A DNA stretch of 60,496 nt from Girardia tigrina (Eukaryota): the NCBI GenBank assembly GCA_001938485.1, contig MQRK01255140.1, positions 1-60,496 of the forward strand. Reading direction: 5' to 3'. Under the pieces are notes generated by a model that did no database searches, was not told where the DNA came from, and was given only the letters and a program-made list of their open reading frames with translations. Position 1 is the stretch's first letter, and each line of letters begins with the position of its first letter. The translations under genes were made by a program, and so were the position numbers. This document shows positions 26,501 through 37,314 of the stretch, piece after piece.

Positions 26501-29500
26501 TAAATAATTGAATATTAAATATAACGTATTTTTAAAAATATTAAAAAATATTATAAAATGTTTTTTAAAAAACACACACTTAAAAGTAGCATATAATATT
26601 TCATTTGAAAAACAAACTTATAAAAAAACATTATAAAAGACTCAAAATAAAAAAACAAATTTAAAAATTAAATATTTTTTAAAAAAAATTAAATAGAAGT
26701 AAAATAATAATTTTCATAAATATTTTTATTTCGTTAAATTTTAAGTCGTTAAATGGTTAAATTTTCACCGATTCCTATGATTCCTACACGGATTTTCGTG
26801 AAGATTTTTATGAAATTATCAATAAAATACTAATTCTTTAGATAAATGATGAATTTTATCACTTATTCACTAATTATTTTGCTAAAAATCGATTTTGTAA
26901 AAATTACAAATTTTCGTTATTAAGAAATAATATCAACAAATAAAATGCAAAATTGCGAACGAAGCGGACGTGGTCAATCTGAATAGCCTGCATCAATGCA
27001 ATTCTGATGGTACAGCGCCGTCGCCGAAAGACGCCTGGAAGCCGATGAAATCGATCGATAACCGTACAAGTCGTTAAATTGTTAAATTAACACCGATTTC
27101 GAATAATGACAATTTTGAACATTCCTACACGGAATTTCGTGAAAATTTTTATGAAAATATCAATAAAATCAGGGCCGTGGCAGAGGACCCCCGGAGGACC
27201 CCCCCGAAAAAATTTATGAGGCCCCTTAGATTTTTTCACTGTCAATCCTCTCGTGCTAATGGCGGTGCAATAAATTCTGCCCCAGAAATTCTTGCGCTTA
27301 GATGCGCCAGATTCAAAGCGGCGAGTATAAAGCCTAAAAGAACAAAGATACTTGCATCAGTAAATGACTAGATGAAATAAGGAATGGAAACAAAAAGCAA
27401 CTTACTTAGGTTAACAAAAATTCACAAATTTAGCACCGTCAACACACGAGTCCAAATAAAGATTAACTACCGTCTAAANNNNNNNNNNNNNNNNNNNNNN
27501 NNNNNNNNNNNNNNNNNNNNNNNNNNNNNNNNNNNNNNNNNNNNNNNNNNNNNNNNNNNNNNNNNNNNNNNNNNNNNNNNNNNNNNNNNNNNNNNNNNNN
27601 NNNNNNNNNNNNNNNNNNNNNNNNNNNNNNNNNNNNNNNNNNNNNNNNNNNNNNNNNNNNNNNNNNNNNNNNNNNNNNNNNNNNNNNNNNNNNNNNNNNN
27701 NNNNNNNNATCTTATTATTGTTATTCTATTACATTTTCAAATATTGACCCTATTTGGAGAGGCCCCATGCAAGCGTGAGGCCCCCCCGACCGGGGGGCGC
27801 GAGGGGTGGTTGCCACGGCTCTGAATAAAATACTAATTTATTTAATAAATGACGATTTCTATCACTTATTAACTAATTATATTTCTAAAAATTAATTTAT
27901 GTTAAATTTGCAAAATTTCGTTATCATCTGATTCACGGTTTGTCGGTCAAGCTCAAATTTTACTATGGTCATATATATGCTGATAAAATGAGAAATATTG
28001 GATGAAAAGTGAGTGCATCCGCGTAAAGTTGAGATAGCTCTGCATAGTCTGCATAGAGACGGTTCTGTCTGTGCAGCGCCTTTGTCGAAAGGCTCTGGGA
28101 GTCGATTTATTTGATTGAGTGTTAAATTAACACAGAATTCAAAACAATTAATAATAAAGTATAATAATTACGATTAAAAAATTAAAACAGAAACTTTCAA
28201 AGTCGAAAATTCAGCTCACCCGTCATATATGACGGGTCTTTTTCTAGTAAAATGTATTTGAATAAGTTAAATTAGTATTGTTAATGTAATATAACGTGTG
28301 AGTGCAATTTCTAGACTTAAAATTCATTGCTGTTTAAACATGGCACAAAGAATAAATGCATGTTTAACATTACATCATCATATATGACGGGTATTTTTCT
28401 AGTAATAAATATTTTTTCATTATTTGTCATGTTGGGGTTTAAAAATACTTTTGACACTTAAGCATTTAACCATTTAAATAAATGGCTTTAAAGTATTGAA
28501 TAATTACCTTTTAATATCAAGTCATTACTAACAAATAAATACTTGTTGGGGAAACACTTTCTATTGAATTTCGATAGAATAAACTTTTTTTCTTTTCTAT
28601 GGATTAAAAAAAACTGAAAAAAAATTGAAGAAAATATTGCTTTTTAGTTTTTTGTTTAACTTAACATTTACTCGAATAAGGAAATAAAAGCAGGTTTCAA
28701 GTCTTCGACAACTGAACTATTGAGAGTAATAAATGTCTTTTTTGGTACCGTAGCCGTTGGACCGTGGGTGCACTCAATTATGCACAAGCATTATGGCTTG
28801 GTTTTGCATATTGTTGAGTGTCTTAATAGACAAGGAACCTGGTGTCGACCTATCTCCTCTCCAAGGAGCTCATCCGCCCTTTGCTGGTTTTGTTTTTCAT
28901 TCTTTTATGTGTCCACACACCCTCTTCACCCAGGTTGCTCTGGAGGAGGGAGCCGGTTAAGTCTGCAACCATTCGACCATGGGACAGGTATTACAGGTTT
29001 ACATGATACCTGTAGCAGGTAGCTTGCCTGACCTGACCTTTAGTCAATGACCCCGCGATTTTCCTATCGGTCAATTATATTACTAACGCGCCCTTTGGTT
29101 GCTTAACATCGGAGATCGGACGAGATCCGCCTTACCCAACTGTGGCCCTTGACTACATCAATGTCCTTTAGCAGGTAGCAATTATTTTGTACACTTGGTT
29201 CAATGTATTCAATTGATTAATGATAGAATTTTGATTGAATTTCAATTACATTGTTTTGGATACACATAATGATAAAAGTTAACATAATGTAAAATTTAAA
29301 CCCAAAAAAACTGTTGCTAAATTTTGAAATTTTTATGGCATATATTCAATAGAAGTAAATTTAAAAAACAAAATCAAGAAGTTCAACTTTGTTTAGTAAC
29401 TGATTTTAATATGAAAATGAAATTTCACAGGAAAAAAGGTATAATATGCTTGCTGGGACTTATTGACTTGTTCAGGCCAGAGATGAACACTTTCTTTAGT

Positions 29501-32500
29501 TGTAGATGTCATTAAATTTAAAGACAAAGGCCGCAATTTATTTTAATAAATTTTGTTGAGAACAAATTTTGAATAGGAAATGGCGGATGATGAATTAATA
29601 TAAGCACCATTGCGATTTAGACGGTTACTAGTTGATATGCATTTTTTGAACTGCGTAATGGTAGTATAAGTTGTTCTCGTACCTGAGAATAAAATTAAAA
29701 TAATGTATGGCTTATTGATTTGAATGTAGATATTTCTTTCCGGAACTGATCTGAGATGGATTTATAAAATGGTGAATATCATGAATCAAATTTAATGAAA
29801 GATAATAATCATTTGAATTATTTAAGTATCCACTTCAAGGATAACTTTAAAAATTTATCGATGTTAATAAATATATATTGTTCATTGGTAAATGAAGAAA
29901 AATCAATGAATTTACAACTCAGTTAAAAGATTTATCACGGTTTAAGAAACATTCACACAAACCAAATGTTTAAAAATACTGATCATCGTGAATCACGGTG
30001 CTAAATTCTGAAGCACAGTGATTTTAAATTACTTATAATTCTTTTATTCTTATTTCCTAAATAATATCTTATTGCAGATGTCCACTACATGTATCAACAA
30101 AGAGAGTTTATCCGATTTTTATATAAAATATCACATTATCGATGCGAGGAAGATTTGGAATGTTGATGTTTTGTGTCTTGTTTGTATATTTAAATGTTGT
30201 TTGTTGATTTTGGATTGTGTCTTTCCTAATGATTAATATTGTTAGGAATATTTGGAATGTTTGATGTTTGAATGTTGTATATTGATTTGGAATTGCCTCT
30301 CCTACCCAGATGGATGATTAATATTTTAATTCTTATTATCTAAAAATATGTAATGTTTAAATTTATTTTTATATTCAAATAATGGTAAAATTTTAAATAA
30401 ACTAATTAATTTTTACAATTTTTAATAAATAAATCAAATTATTTTTTTAAAATAATTAATAATCATTTAAATTTTTATCCAATAAGTTTTGAGTAAATAT
30501 TTGAATAAATTATTTGTCTCCGTTTGGTAAAAATAATAAGAATTAATTCATAATTCAATTTAGTTTAGAATGCAATCGTATCAAGCTTTGACAAAGATTG
30601 TCTTAAGGACAATTCAAATTGTTGTGAAAATAAAAATATGAAAAGTCAAATCGGTGTTCTTAATAAATATTTTAATTCTTATAATCTGAAACTAATTTAT
30701 TCAAATTTAGATTTAATATTCAATTTATTTCTTAATTTAATATTCAATTATTAATTTATTTAAATTAAATTTTTAATTTATTTAATATTATTGTAAATTT
30801 TTAATAATTTTATTTTTGTAAATTTTTAAAAAAGTAAATCAAATTAATGTTTTCAAATGGTTATAAAAGTAATTTTATTTTAACCAATAAAATTTAAAGT
30901 AAATATTTTAAATAAAATAATTCGTTTCAAGTTAGTTCAGATTTTGGATGAGAAGTAATAAACATTAATAGATGAATTTGGGCGAAGGCATTGTTACGGA
31001 TTGTCATAAAGACGATCCGAATTTTTATTGCAATAAATGTTGTTACAAATGTGTGAATTCTAATAACAATCGAGAATGGGTGACCTGATCACTATTGACA
31101 TTTATTAAAATTGTGAGGATTTCGGGAAACTTATATTTTTTTTAATTTAAAATCTAATAAAGAAATGTCCAAAACATTTTAAAATATCACAAATTAAAAT
31201 ATAAGAATTTTACGATTAGAATAAAATAATATAAATTTTTATAATAAAAAATATTAATGCAACAAAATCTTAATGAGACTATAAATTAATAATAAAATTT
31301 CAAAATTAAACGAAATAATAAATTATGTATCGATATTTAAAATTCTTTATTTTGTATATAAATGATTTGTGCGAGAAAAAATGAAGTATTCCTCGAAAAT
31401 TTATTCAAAAGAAGTTGTTCAAAAATACGTTATTGTTTTGTTATTAAATTAAAGTTTTAAAAATGTCTTCTGATTTTTCAACTGAAAATTATCACGAACT
31501 TAACAAAAAAAAGTATATAAAAAGAGTATATTAATTGAATAATAGTAAGAAATTATATTATATTTACTGATGACACAAAATATTTAAGGCTACATTTCAT
31601 TGAGATACGTAAATAAATAATGATGTTTCTCATCGAAATAAAAACTCATGTGAAAAGTGGGTTGCATAGCTTATTTAACAATATAACTAACTTAATAATT
31701 AATGAAGAACAAAATAATTTAATAAAATTAAAAATATTTTAAAATAAATCAACATTTTTTTCTTTATTTAACTTTCTATATATTAAGAAACAATCAATAA
31801 TTACGATTTTGGATACAAGTTTTATAAAATAAACAAATAAAATATCGTCTATTTTAGATGATTATATCAATATAAACTGCATTTAAAATTATATGGTAAC
31901 TATAAAATGCCATTAACAAAATATTTATGAAAAAAATATATCATCATCGAATTACTGAGAGAATTCTTTCTGTTTCTACATAAAAAAATGTATAATCAAT
32001 TAAATAATTTTATTAAAAAATCTTAACTGATTTGTAGAGCTTATATGGTAATTAACTAAAAATTATATTTTTCAAGTTAGTGAACAAAGAAAAAATACAA
32101 CTGGTAGTGGTACACTACCATAATCATTTATTAGATCCACTACATGTTTCATTCTAAATAGAACCCCTATAGATGTTTTAGTCCATTGAGAAAACAAAAA
32201 GTTTAAGAAAAAACTTTATACGTTCATTACTCAATTACAGAAATTTTCGAAATATTCATTTAAAATAAATACAAATATAAAAAATATATATAACTATTTA
32301 TAAGTATAAAAAAATATCATTATTTATTTTCAATCATACAAAAATAATTCACAAACTAAAAGTAACTTAAAATTTATATAATAAAGTTCTTCTTAATCGC
32401 CTCTATTAACCACCAAAAAATTCTGATTCTTCTCAATTTCACAAAGAAAGTTTCTATCAACCGTCAATTTCTGTTAACTAACATTAAAAAAAATTTTAAT

Positions 32501-35500
32501 AGGATCCAGCACAGGTTTGAGACTTGTCCCTCGGACCTTGTTAAATGATGTGTGAGATTGATATGATGAAAATTGATGAAATCACTGATCCCGGATCGAG
32601 ACATCTCCGAAGCATCAAAAATGACGGTTAACAGAAATTGGCATCTGATAGAAATTTTCTATGTGAAATGGAGAAAAATCAGATTTTTTTGGCGGTTAAT
32701 AGAGAGCGGCTTGTAACGATTTCTTTTCGGTCGATTTCGTTGGCTTCCTGGCATCTTTATTTTATTCCTTAGTTCCTATTAACAGCTAAAATTTTTGTCG
32801 GGTCCAGTTTTGGCGATTAAGAGAAACTTTACTGTATTATATGGTGACCCAACAAAATATTGAACGACAAAATAGCGCTGATCATTGTTTTTTTCATTTA
32901 AAAAGTAAAAAGAACTTACGATATCGAGTATAGGACAATCTGCCTTTAACAAACGCTTTCAATTTGACTTTTTGATAAAATAAATTTAGTAAATTATTTT
33001 AATATTAAAAATACTCTAAAGTTTAACCATCAACGTAAAACAATGCTTAACGTTTTGAAAACTTTGCTACTTACACTTTGAACATTCATTGAAGGTTTAT
33101 GATGCTTAATCAATAATGACTTCCGATATTGCCCTTCCAAATACGTATCGAAATTCGAAATCGCAAACTCATCTTTTTATTTAAAATAATTAATAATATT
33201 AGGTTGTTGCAAAAGCAATACGTGGCCGGGCGTTGTCGTGCAGGGGTAGTGGACCCTTCATATTGACCAATCTCGCACATACGTCGGAGCTCGTGATGCA
33301 TTTAGTCAATTTGTTGGCAGTACTTCTCTGCTGTGATTGTTTCAGCCGTATTCAGAAAGCTGTGATGGATGAGACCGACTGCAAACCTCCAAACAGTCAC
33401 CATAACCTTCTTTTGGTGGAGTTTCTGTTTCGGAAAGTGATGAGAAGCCTCATCTCAGTCCAATCAATGTGCTGAACGTCGCCGACTGTCGTAGAGAATC
33501 CACTTCTCATCACACGTCACAATCCGATCGGCCGTTCTTGTTGCGCAGAAGCGCGAGAAACCCCTCAAAATGACGAGGCACTCATTTATCGAGCTTTTTC
33601 GACTTTTCAATTTGTTTCAAGTGCCGATTAAAATAAAATTTGCAACTAATTTTGACGCCTTTTAGCGACAAATAAATTATCATTTGGCAACACAATATAT
33701 AATTTTTAGCAACAAAATAGATAAAATTCAGCAACAAATTAATTTTATTAAAGCGACAAGTTAAATAAAAAAAGCGACAAAAAATAATATTAAGTGATAA
33801 TTGTTATATTATATAGAAAAAATAGATTGAAAAAAGACGAATTGGCTACCAAACGTTTATCAATTACTTTAATTGCCAGGATTAGTCTGAGAATCATCGT
33901 CATTTGTTTCATTAAAACTTTTTCTTTGATATAATAATGCAGTTACTGTTTTAGTGGGCCGCCTTCTTTTTTTGGATCCTAGCACATAGGCTTCATTTGG
34001 GATTGTAATCAATTTAAATTTAAATCGATTTTAGTTTTGTATCTAAATTGCGAATCACATAGGCCCAGCACACTGTTCTTGTCTCATATTGATCAACCAT
34101 CTTAACAAATCCATTTGTGATAAATTCGGTGGCATCAGCAAATAAAATTGATGGTTTATATATAATTCCAAATACTTTAAATACAGCACTTTTTAATGTG
34201 TTAAAAAGAACTGGAAATCATCGCATTGTTCATTAAGACAGACCACCAAGAAGAATGGATGATAGGAACAATCCTTACCGATGGTTCCCACCATAACATC
34301 CGGAAAACCTTGATAGATAAATTTATAAGTTGCATCTGTTGCAAGAAATTTACCATTTTTCAGTTATTTCGACTAATCCGATAGTTGTTACAACAAATTT
34401 CATATAGACCTTGTTTTCATTATCAAAGCATATATATCATAACCATATATTAATTGATGATTATCATCCTTTTTACGGTAAAAAATAAATGTACTGATTC
34501 ATGAAAACAAGCTTTAGTTGACAAAACAGTTCGCAAGTCGTTTTATAAATTCAGATCTGCTGATTTTAAAATATTAGGGTGAACCAAAAGTCTTTTCGTA
34601 TTTTTTTATTAAAAATTTAAACATAATTTTACAACAAATAAAAACATTTAAGTTTCAAAGTAAAGGCCATTTGAATCTGTAGCTTGAACCCATCTATGGG
34701 CAAGTTGTGCGATCCCGCTGCGGTACCAATCCTTGTTCTTAGAAGCGAAGAACTGGTGACACCCGTTTTCGACCTCGGTCAGATTATTGAAGCTGCGACC
34801 ACGAAGAAAGTGTGCCATAGAGCGGAAAAGGTGATAGTAGGATAGCGCAAGATCCGGACAATACGCTGGGTGTGGAAGTAGTTCAAAGGCGTCGAGATTT
34901 TTGATTTTTTCCTTTGTTTGTTTGGCGGTGTGTGGTTTTGCATTGTCCTGTTGTAGAAGAACTTGCTTTCGATTGATCAAAGCGGGGTATTTCTCGCCNN
35001 NNNNNNNNNNNNNNNNNNNNNNNNNNNNNNNNNNNNNNNNNNNNNNNNNNNNNNNNNNNNNNNNNNNNNNNNNNNNNNNNNNNNNNNNNNNNNNNNNNNN
35101 NNNNNNNNNNNNNNNNNNNNNNNNNNNNNNNNNNNNNNNNNNNNNNNNNNNNNNNNNNNNNNNNNNNNNNNNNNNNNNNNNNNNNNNNNNNNNNNNNNNN
35201 NNNNNNNNNNNNNNNNNNNNNNNNNNNNNNNNNNNNNNNNNNNATTTTTGACAAGTTTCGAAACGCTTTTCGGCTTGAATTTGTGTCAATTCATGAGGCA
35301 CTTCTCGACATCGTCTATTGACCTTTCCAAGAGCGTGAAGGTGTCGTACAATGGATGTTTGATGAATATCGAGTTCGGCACACAATCTGCGAGTACTTAT
35401 TGATGGATTTGTCTCGACGGCTTCACGAATTGCTCCGGAATCTACGGTGATAGGTCGGCCTGAACGTGCATTTTCTCCAAAGTCAATGTCGCCTTCGTTG

Positions 35501-37314
35501 AACCTTTTGAACCAATTTTGTGCAGTACGATTTGAGGCCACATTATCGCCTTCAAATTCGCATATCTTCTTTGTTGCTGCAGTTGCGTTTAAGCCCTGTT
35601 TCCAGGAATGGCGTAAAAAAACACGAATTTCAAAATTTTCCATGATTTTTCTCAAAGATCATAAAAATTATATTAATGACTAATTAGAAGTTTTAATATA
35701 TATTGTGATAGAGCAGTTCAAGAGCTTTAAAAACATATAACACATGCACATAATATATCTTTATTTTGTAATAAGAAACAATTGAACAAAAAGACGTAGA
35801 AAATACGAAAAGACTCTTGGTTCACCCTAATAAGAAATAAATAGTTTAATTAATAAGTTATTATTTTCCTAACAAATTTGTTATCGTTTTCTAAAAATTT
35901 ATATGAATTATATCTTTATATGTTTCATAAAATAACGATTTTCGATAATAGAAAAATTATTCGCTATTTTCCAGCTAATTAGTTGTTGCAATAAAATATT
36001 AATCGTTGAATTTATTTTATTAGTTGCCGATTTTTTGTCGCAACTTTTATTTATTTTGCTGCCCAGTATTATCGGTAGCCATTTTAAAATAAATAATAAA
36101 CGGATTAAAATTTATAATATTTTTAAGAAATATTTTTTCTTAATAAAAGTCTGATGGTAAATTAAAATTTAATAGTTTTAATTTAAATTTTTATCTCGCC
36201 TGAATAATTTATTATTTTTTTAATTTAAAGGGTAAAATATTTTTATGTTAATATGCTCATTCAATATTTTAAAATTAAAAATGATATAATAAAAGAAAAT
36301 CATAAAAAATAAAATATCTATTTAAAAATAAAAAATATCTTTAATGTATCTAAATAATATTAAATATCTTAAAATTAAAAATGTCAAGANNNNNNNNNNN
36401 NNNNNNNNNNNNNNNNNNNNNNNNNNNNNNNNNNNNNNNTTAAATATTTATTTATAAATAAAAATATTTTTAATAAGTAATTTTAAAAAACTTTGAAATA
36501 AATTTTGAAAATAAAGTTTAAATAATTTTCGAAATAAATTTTCAGGATTTTAAAAATTTTGGTGTTAAAAAAATGAATCCAGATATTGAGGTTGCAACCA
36601 CTTCTCACAATCATAAAATTTTAAAAAAAATTTTTTAGTTATAATTTAAAAAATAATTTTATAATTGTAAGTGAAATTTTACAAATTAAAATGAATGAAA
36701 AATTTTATCGATTGATTTTGGCGAAATGAGTGAATTAACGTCAATTTGTTTGTGTGCATTATTGTCATTAATAAAGTTTTGCGATTAATATGAGTTCTGA
36801 AAATTCAGATACTAAAAATTACATAAACACTACTTACAATAACGAGAGATAATTTATAATTTAAATGTGAAAATTAATGTCAAAAGTCATCAAAATAGAT
36901 ACAGTATTCAACTGTGTTATAACATTGGGGCGGGGCAGTACGGAAACATGGCCAAATATTTATTTTATTTATTTAAACATCAAAAGTTGGTTGAATTTAT
37001 ATCGATAAATCGGTAATAAAACAATCAATTAAAAAAACGATTTATCGGAAATGAACCGACCAATATCCGTGACGTAATTGCTCGGAAACCACCCAGTCAT
37101 TTGATCGAGTGTTCCTTCCCACCAACCGCCGTCAATTTGTTGTGTCAGTGTTATAACATCGTTTTTATTAAACGATAACTGAAAGTAATTTATTTTTCAC
37201 ATTTGTCGTTGTTTATCGGATATAGAATTGGAATCTTTTAAACCTTACTTCATCATTATGCCGTCGAATATAATCAAATAATGCTTTGACTTTTTTAATT
37301 TTACTGTTTGACAT
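2720..37314 (-). CDS. ARHGEF7: beta-PIX/ARHGEF7-like Rho guanine nucleotide exchange factor (SH3-DH-PH-GBD), 16 coding exons, ~649 aa
   Basis: Hand-spliced GT-AG model with consistent phases. Exons: 37314-37249, 37178-37061, 25907-25831, 25775-25678, 21461-21372, 21324-21205, 21144-21009, 17200-17141, 14924-14844, 14764-14600, 14547-14481, 14435-14317, 14264-14166, 14112-13878, 3204-3118, 3051-2720 (1950 nt incl. stop). The translation follows PIX order: SH3, DH, PH, SCLxP motif, GIT-binding motif [13 protein letters not shown]. Confidence 0.88.
3770..3880. repeat. Short tandem repeat (GAACATTTT / TCAAATT / GAATCGCAAC units)
   Basis: Alternating ~21-bp units visible. Confidence 0.6.
4500..5070 (+). 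mobile_element. Internally deleted mariner element
   Basis: TIRs ATAAGTTCCCGCCGTTTT / AAAACGGCGGGAACTTATTCCTCAACCCAA|TA; HDNARPH and [16 protein letters not shown] motifs; sits in (TA)n. Confidence 0.9.
6929..8337 (+). mobile_element. Tc1-like element, gapped and frameshifted
   Basis: TIRs TACCCCGATTCAATTTTTTTGCAATT / AATTGCAAAAAAATTGAATCGGGGTA with TA TSD; HTH ORF 7195-7518; VFTDESRF. Confidence 0.85.
9066..9299 (+). mobile_element. Mariner-derived MITE, same family as 4500-5070
   Basis: Same TIRs and near-identical 3' end (GAAAAACTCGTTGAACGTTGGGAAGAAGTCGTG); TA TSD. Confidence 0.9.
9551..9780. mobile_element. pogo/Tigger-type MITE
   Basis: TACCGGTTTTTTCCGTAAATAA ... TTATTTTCGGAGGAACCCGGTA imperfect TIRs. 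Confidence 0.6.
10589..11141 (-). mobile_element. Non-autonomous Tc1/mariner element keeping only the N-terminal HTH of the transposase
   Basis: Perfect TIRs CAGGGTGGGCCAAAAGTAGGGTTACAGTT, TA TSD; ORF ...[20 protein letters not shown]...SGRPKT...[10 protein letters not shown]. Confidence 0.9.
11250..12200 (-). mobile_element. Highly decayed mariner
   Basis: [16 protein letters not shown] motif; N-terminal [12 protein letters not shown]. Confidence 0.7.
12230..13143 (+). mobile_element. Internally deleted mariner element
   Basis: TIRs GAGGGATGTCCCAAAAGTTC / GAACTTTTGGGACATCCCTCG, TA TSD; WVPHLL and IVTVDETW motifs; in-frame stop at 12587; 3' half of the catalytic domain missing. Confidence 0.9.
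13878..14924 (-). CDS. ARHGEF7: PIX exons 9-14: PH domain and Pro/Ser-rich region
   Basis: [27 protein letters not shown] | [14 protein letters not shown]...[11 protein letters not shown]... | [10 protein letters not shown]... | ...[22 protein letters not shown]; introns of 79, 52, 45, 52 and 53 nt. Confidence 0.88.
15205..15246 (-). ncRNA. Minimal type I hammerhead ribozyme motif (Penelope-type)
   Basis: GC-CTGATGA-T-GGTGGA(AAA)TCCACC-GAAA-TATA-TT-GC: intact core, 6-bp stem II, palindromic stem III loop. Confidence 0.7.
15365..15784. mobile_element. hAT-type MITE
   Basis: TIRs CAGTGGCGTCGCTA / TAGCGACGCTACTG; 8-bp TSD CATTGATG / CATTAATG. Confidence 0.85.
15815..15995 (-). mobile_element. 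Ty3/gypsy reverse transcriptase fragment
   Basis: [56 protein letters not shown]. Confidence 0.9.
16010..16730. mobile_element. Rearranged non-autonomous repeat with (GACA)n, DINE/Helentron-like; related copy at 43795-44240
   Basis: Direct duplicate AAATTCAGCTCAATTGGATGACTGAAAGTGGTCG...CAGACAGACAGACAAGAAAC at ~16015 and ~16625; inverted block 16100-16290. Confidence 0.55.
17141..17200 (-). CDS. ARHGEF7: PIX exon 8: end of DH domain
   Basis: [20 protein letters not shown], bounded by CAG and GTGAGA; HxDRxDIQ motif. Confidence 0.85.
17359..18600 (-). mobile_element. Full-length degenerate mariner
   Basis: TIR pair TTATGTGAACAAATATGAAAGTTCGTT / AACGAATTTTCATATTTGTACACCTAA|TA; WVPHEL, ITGDEK, HDNARPH and HPPYSPD motifs with frameshifts. 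Confidence 0.9.
18766..20145. mobile_element. pogo/Tigger-type non-autonomous element with a nested insertion
   Basis: TA|CAGTGCAACTTGTTAAGTTGGGCA ... TGCCCAACTTAGACAAGTTGCACTG|TA; subterminal repeats GTTGGGCAC. Confidence 0.8.
19085..20039. mobile_element. Nested non-autonomous TIR element (TG..CA ends, possible 4-bp TSD; Ginger-like)
   Basis: TGCTGGGGAATGTAAATTGTGTATTTTATTT / AAATAAAATACACAATTTACATTCCCCAACA; flanks TGAT / TGAC. Confidence 0.6.
20500..20545. repeat. (TA)n microsatellite; others at 4430-4455 and 57585-57622
   Basis: Directly visible. Confidence 0.95.
20635..20672 (-). ncRNA. Minimal hammerhead ribozyme motif (Penelope-type)
   Basis: CAA-CTGATGA-T-GCC(GTAAT)GGC-GAAA-CATA-TT-TTG, followed by AATAAA. 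Confidence 0.65.
21009..21461 (-). CDS. ARHGEF7: PIX exons 5-7: DH domain core
   Basis: [30 protein letters not shown] | [29 protein letters not shown]... | ...[24 protein letters not shown]; 47- and 60-nt introns. Confidence 0.88.
21572..22220. mobile_element. MITE with long imperfect TIRs and 8-9 bp TSD (MULE/hAT-type)
   Basis: GTCGAAACTGCCTTGTTTATA / TATAAACAAGGCAGTTTCGAC inverted pair; TSD ATAGTAAT(G) at 21564 and 22221. Confidence 0.7.
22780..23489 (-). mobile_element. hAT transposase 5' fragment with BED zinc finger
   Basis: [43 protein letters not shown]. Confidence 0.85.
24090..24430 (+). mobile_element. MULE-type transposase C-terminal relic
   Basis: [33 protein letters not shown] (TNNxxExWH...HP motif). 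Confidence 0.7.
24640..25600. repeat. Two inverted copies of a dispersed AT-rich repeat family; further copies at ~26160-26400 and ~30140-31060
   Basis: Marker CTCCTACCCAGATGGA at ~24742 and ~30298; inverse TCCCTCTGGGTAGAAGAG at ~25471. Confidence 0.55.
25154..25254. mobile_element. 101-bp mariner-derived micro-MITE
   Basis: TA|TTAGGTGTACAACTAATTAATTTCGTATTT ... AAATACGAAATTAATTAGTTGTACACCCAA|TA. Confidence 0.85.
25678..25907 (-). CDS. ARHGEF7: PIX exons 3-4: linker and start of DH domain
   Basis: [26 protein letters not shown] | [32 protein letters not shown]; 55-nt intron GTAAGA...ATCAG; phases fit the neighbouring exons. Confidence 0.85.
26743..28402 (+). mobile_element. Non-autonomous Helitron with an internal ~325-bp tandem duplication and duplicated 3' end
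   Basis: 3' hairpin ACCCGTCATATATGACGGGT then CTAG|T at 28218-28247; second decayed end at ~28375-28402; unit AAGTCGTTAAAT repeated at 26743 and 27068. Confidence 0.7.
27170..27823. mobile_element. hAT-type MITE (spans a gap)
   Basis: TIRs CAGGGCCGTGGCA / TGCCACGGCTCTG; perfect 8-bp TSD AATAAAAT. Confidence 0.85.
28738..29159 (-). mobile_element. 5S rRNA-derived SINE, copy 2
   Basis: Collinear with 991-1438; head GGATCTCGTCCGATCTCCGATGTTAAGCAAC; A-tail; TSD AATGTC. Confidence 0.85.
32380..32835. mobile_element. Foldback MITE, pogo-like end
   Basis: TAAAGTTCTTCTTAATCGCC ... GGCGATTAAGAGAAACTTTACTG|TA; internal ~90-bp inverted repeat 32400-32480 / 32627-32705. Confidence 0.65.
33197..33630 (-). 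mobile_element. Mariner fragment
   Basis: TATTAGGTTGTTGCAAAAG TIR-like end; minus strand [12 protein letters not shown] and KKVMVTVW motifs. Confidence 0.75.
33860..34480 (-). mobile_element. Decayed MULE-type transposase
   Basis: [22 protein letters not shown] and [13 protein letters not shown] motifs; C-terminal RRPTK. Confidence 0.6.
34574..35830 (-). mobile_element. Near-intact mariner (DD34D), transposase ORF 35655-34648 spanning a gap
   Basis: TIRs TTAGGGTGAACCAAAAGTCTTTTCGTATTTT / AAAATACGAAAAGACTCTTGGTTCACCCTAA, TA TSD; [14 protein letters not shown] and [16 protein letters not shown] (third Asp replaced by Tyr). Confidence 0.92.
37061..37314 (-). CDS. ARHGEF7: PIX exons 1-2: SH3 domain
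   Basis: [22 protein letters not shown] | [39 protein letters not shown]; 70-nt intron GTAAGG...TTTCAG; ALxDY, WW and GxxPxNYV SH3 motifs. Confidence 0.92.

Noticed and set aside
27000-27050. CTGATGG...CGAAAG as a hammerhead
   Set aside because: Core is CTGATGG, no convincing stem II or III, and not kept in the tandem copy
28672-28716. Candidate PIX mini-exon [15 protein letters not shown]
   Set aside because: The DH start is fully explained by 25775-25678, and the phase does not fit this position
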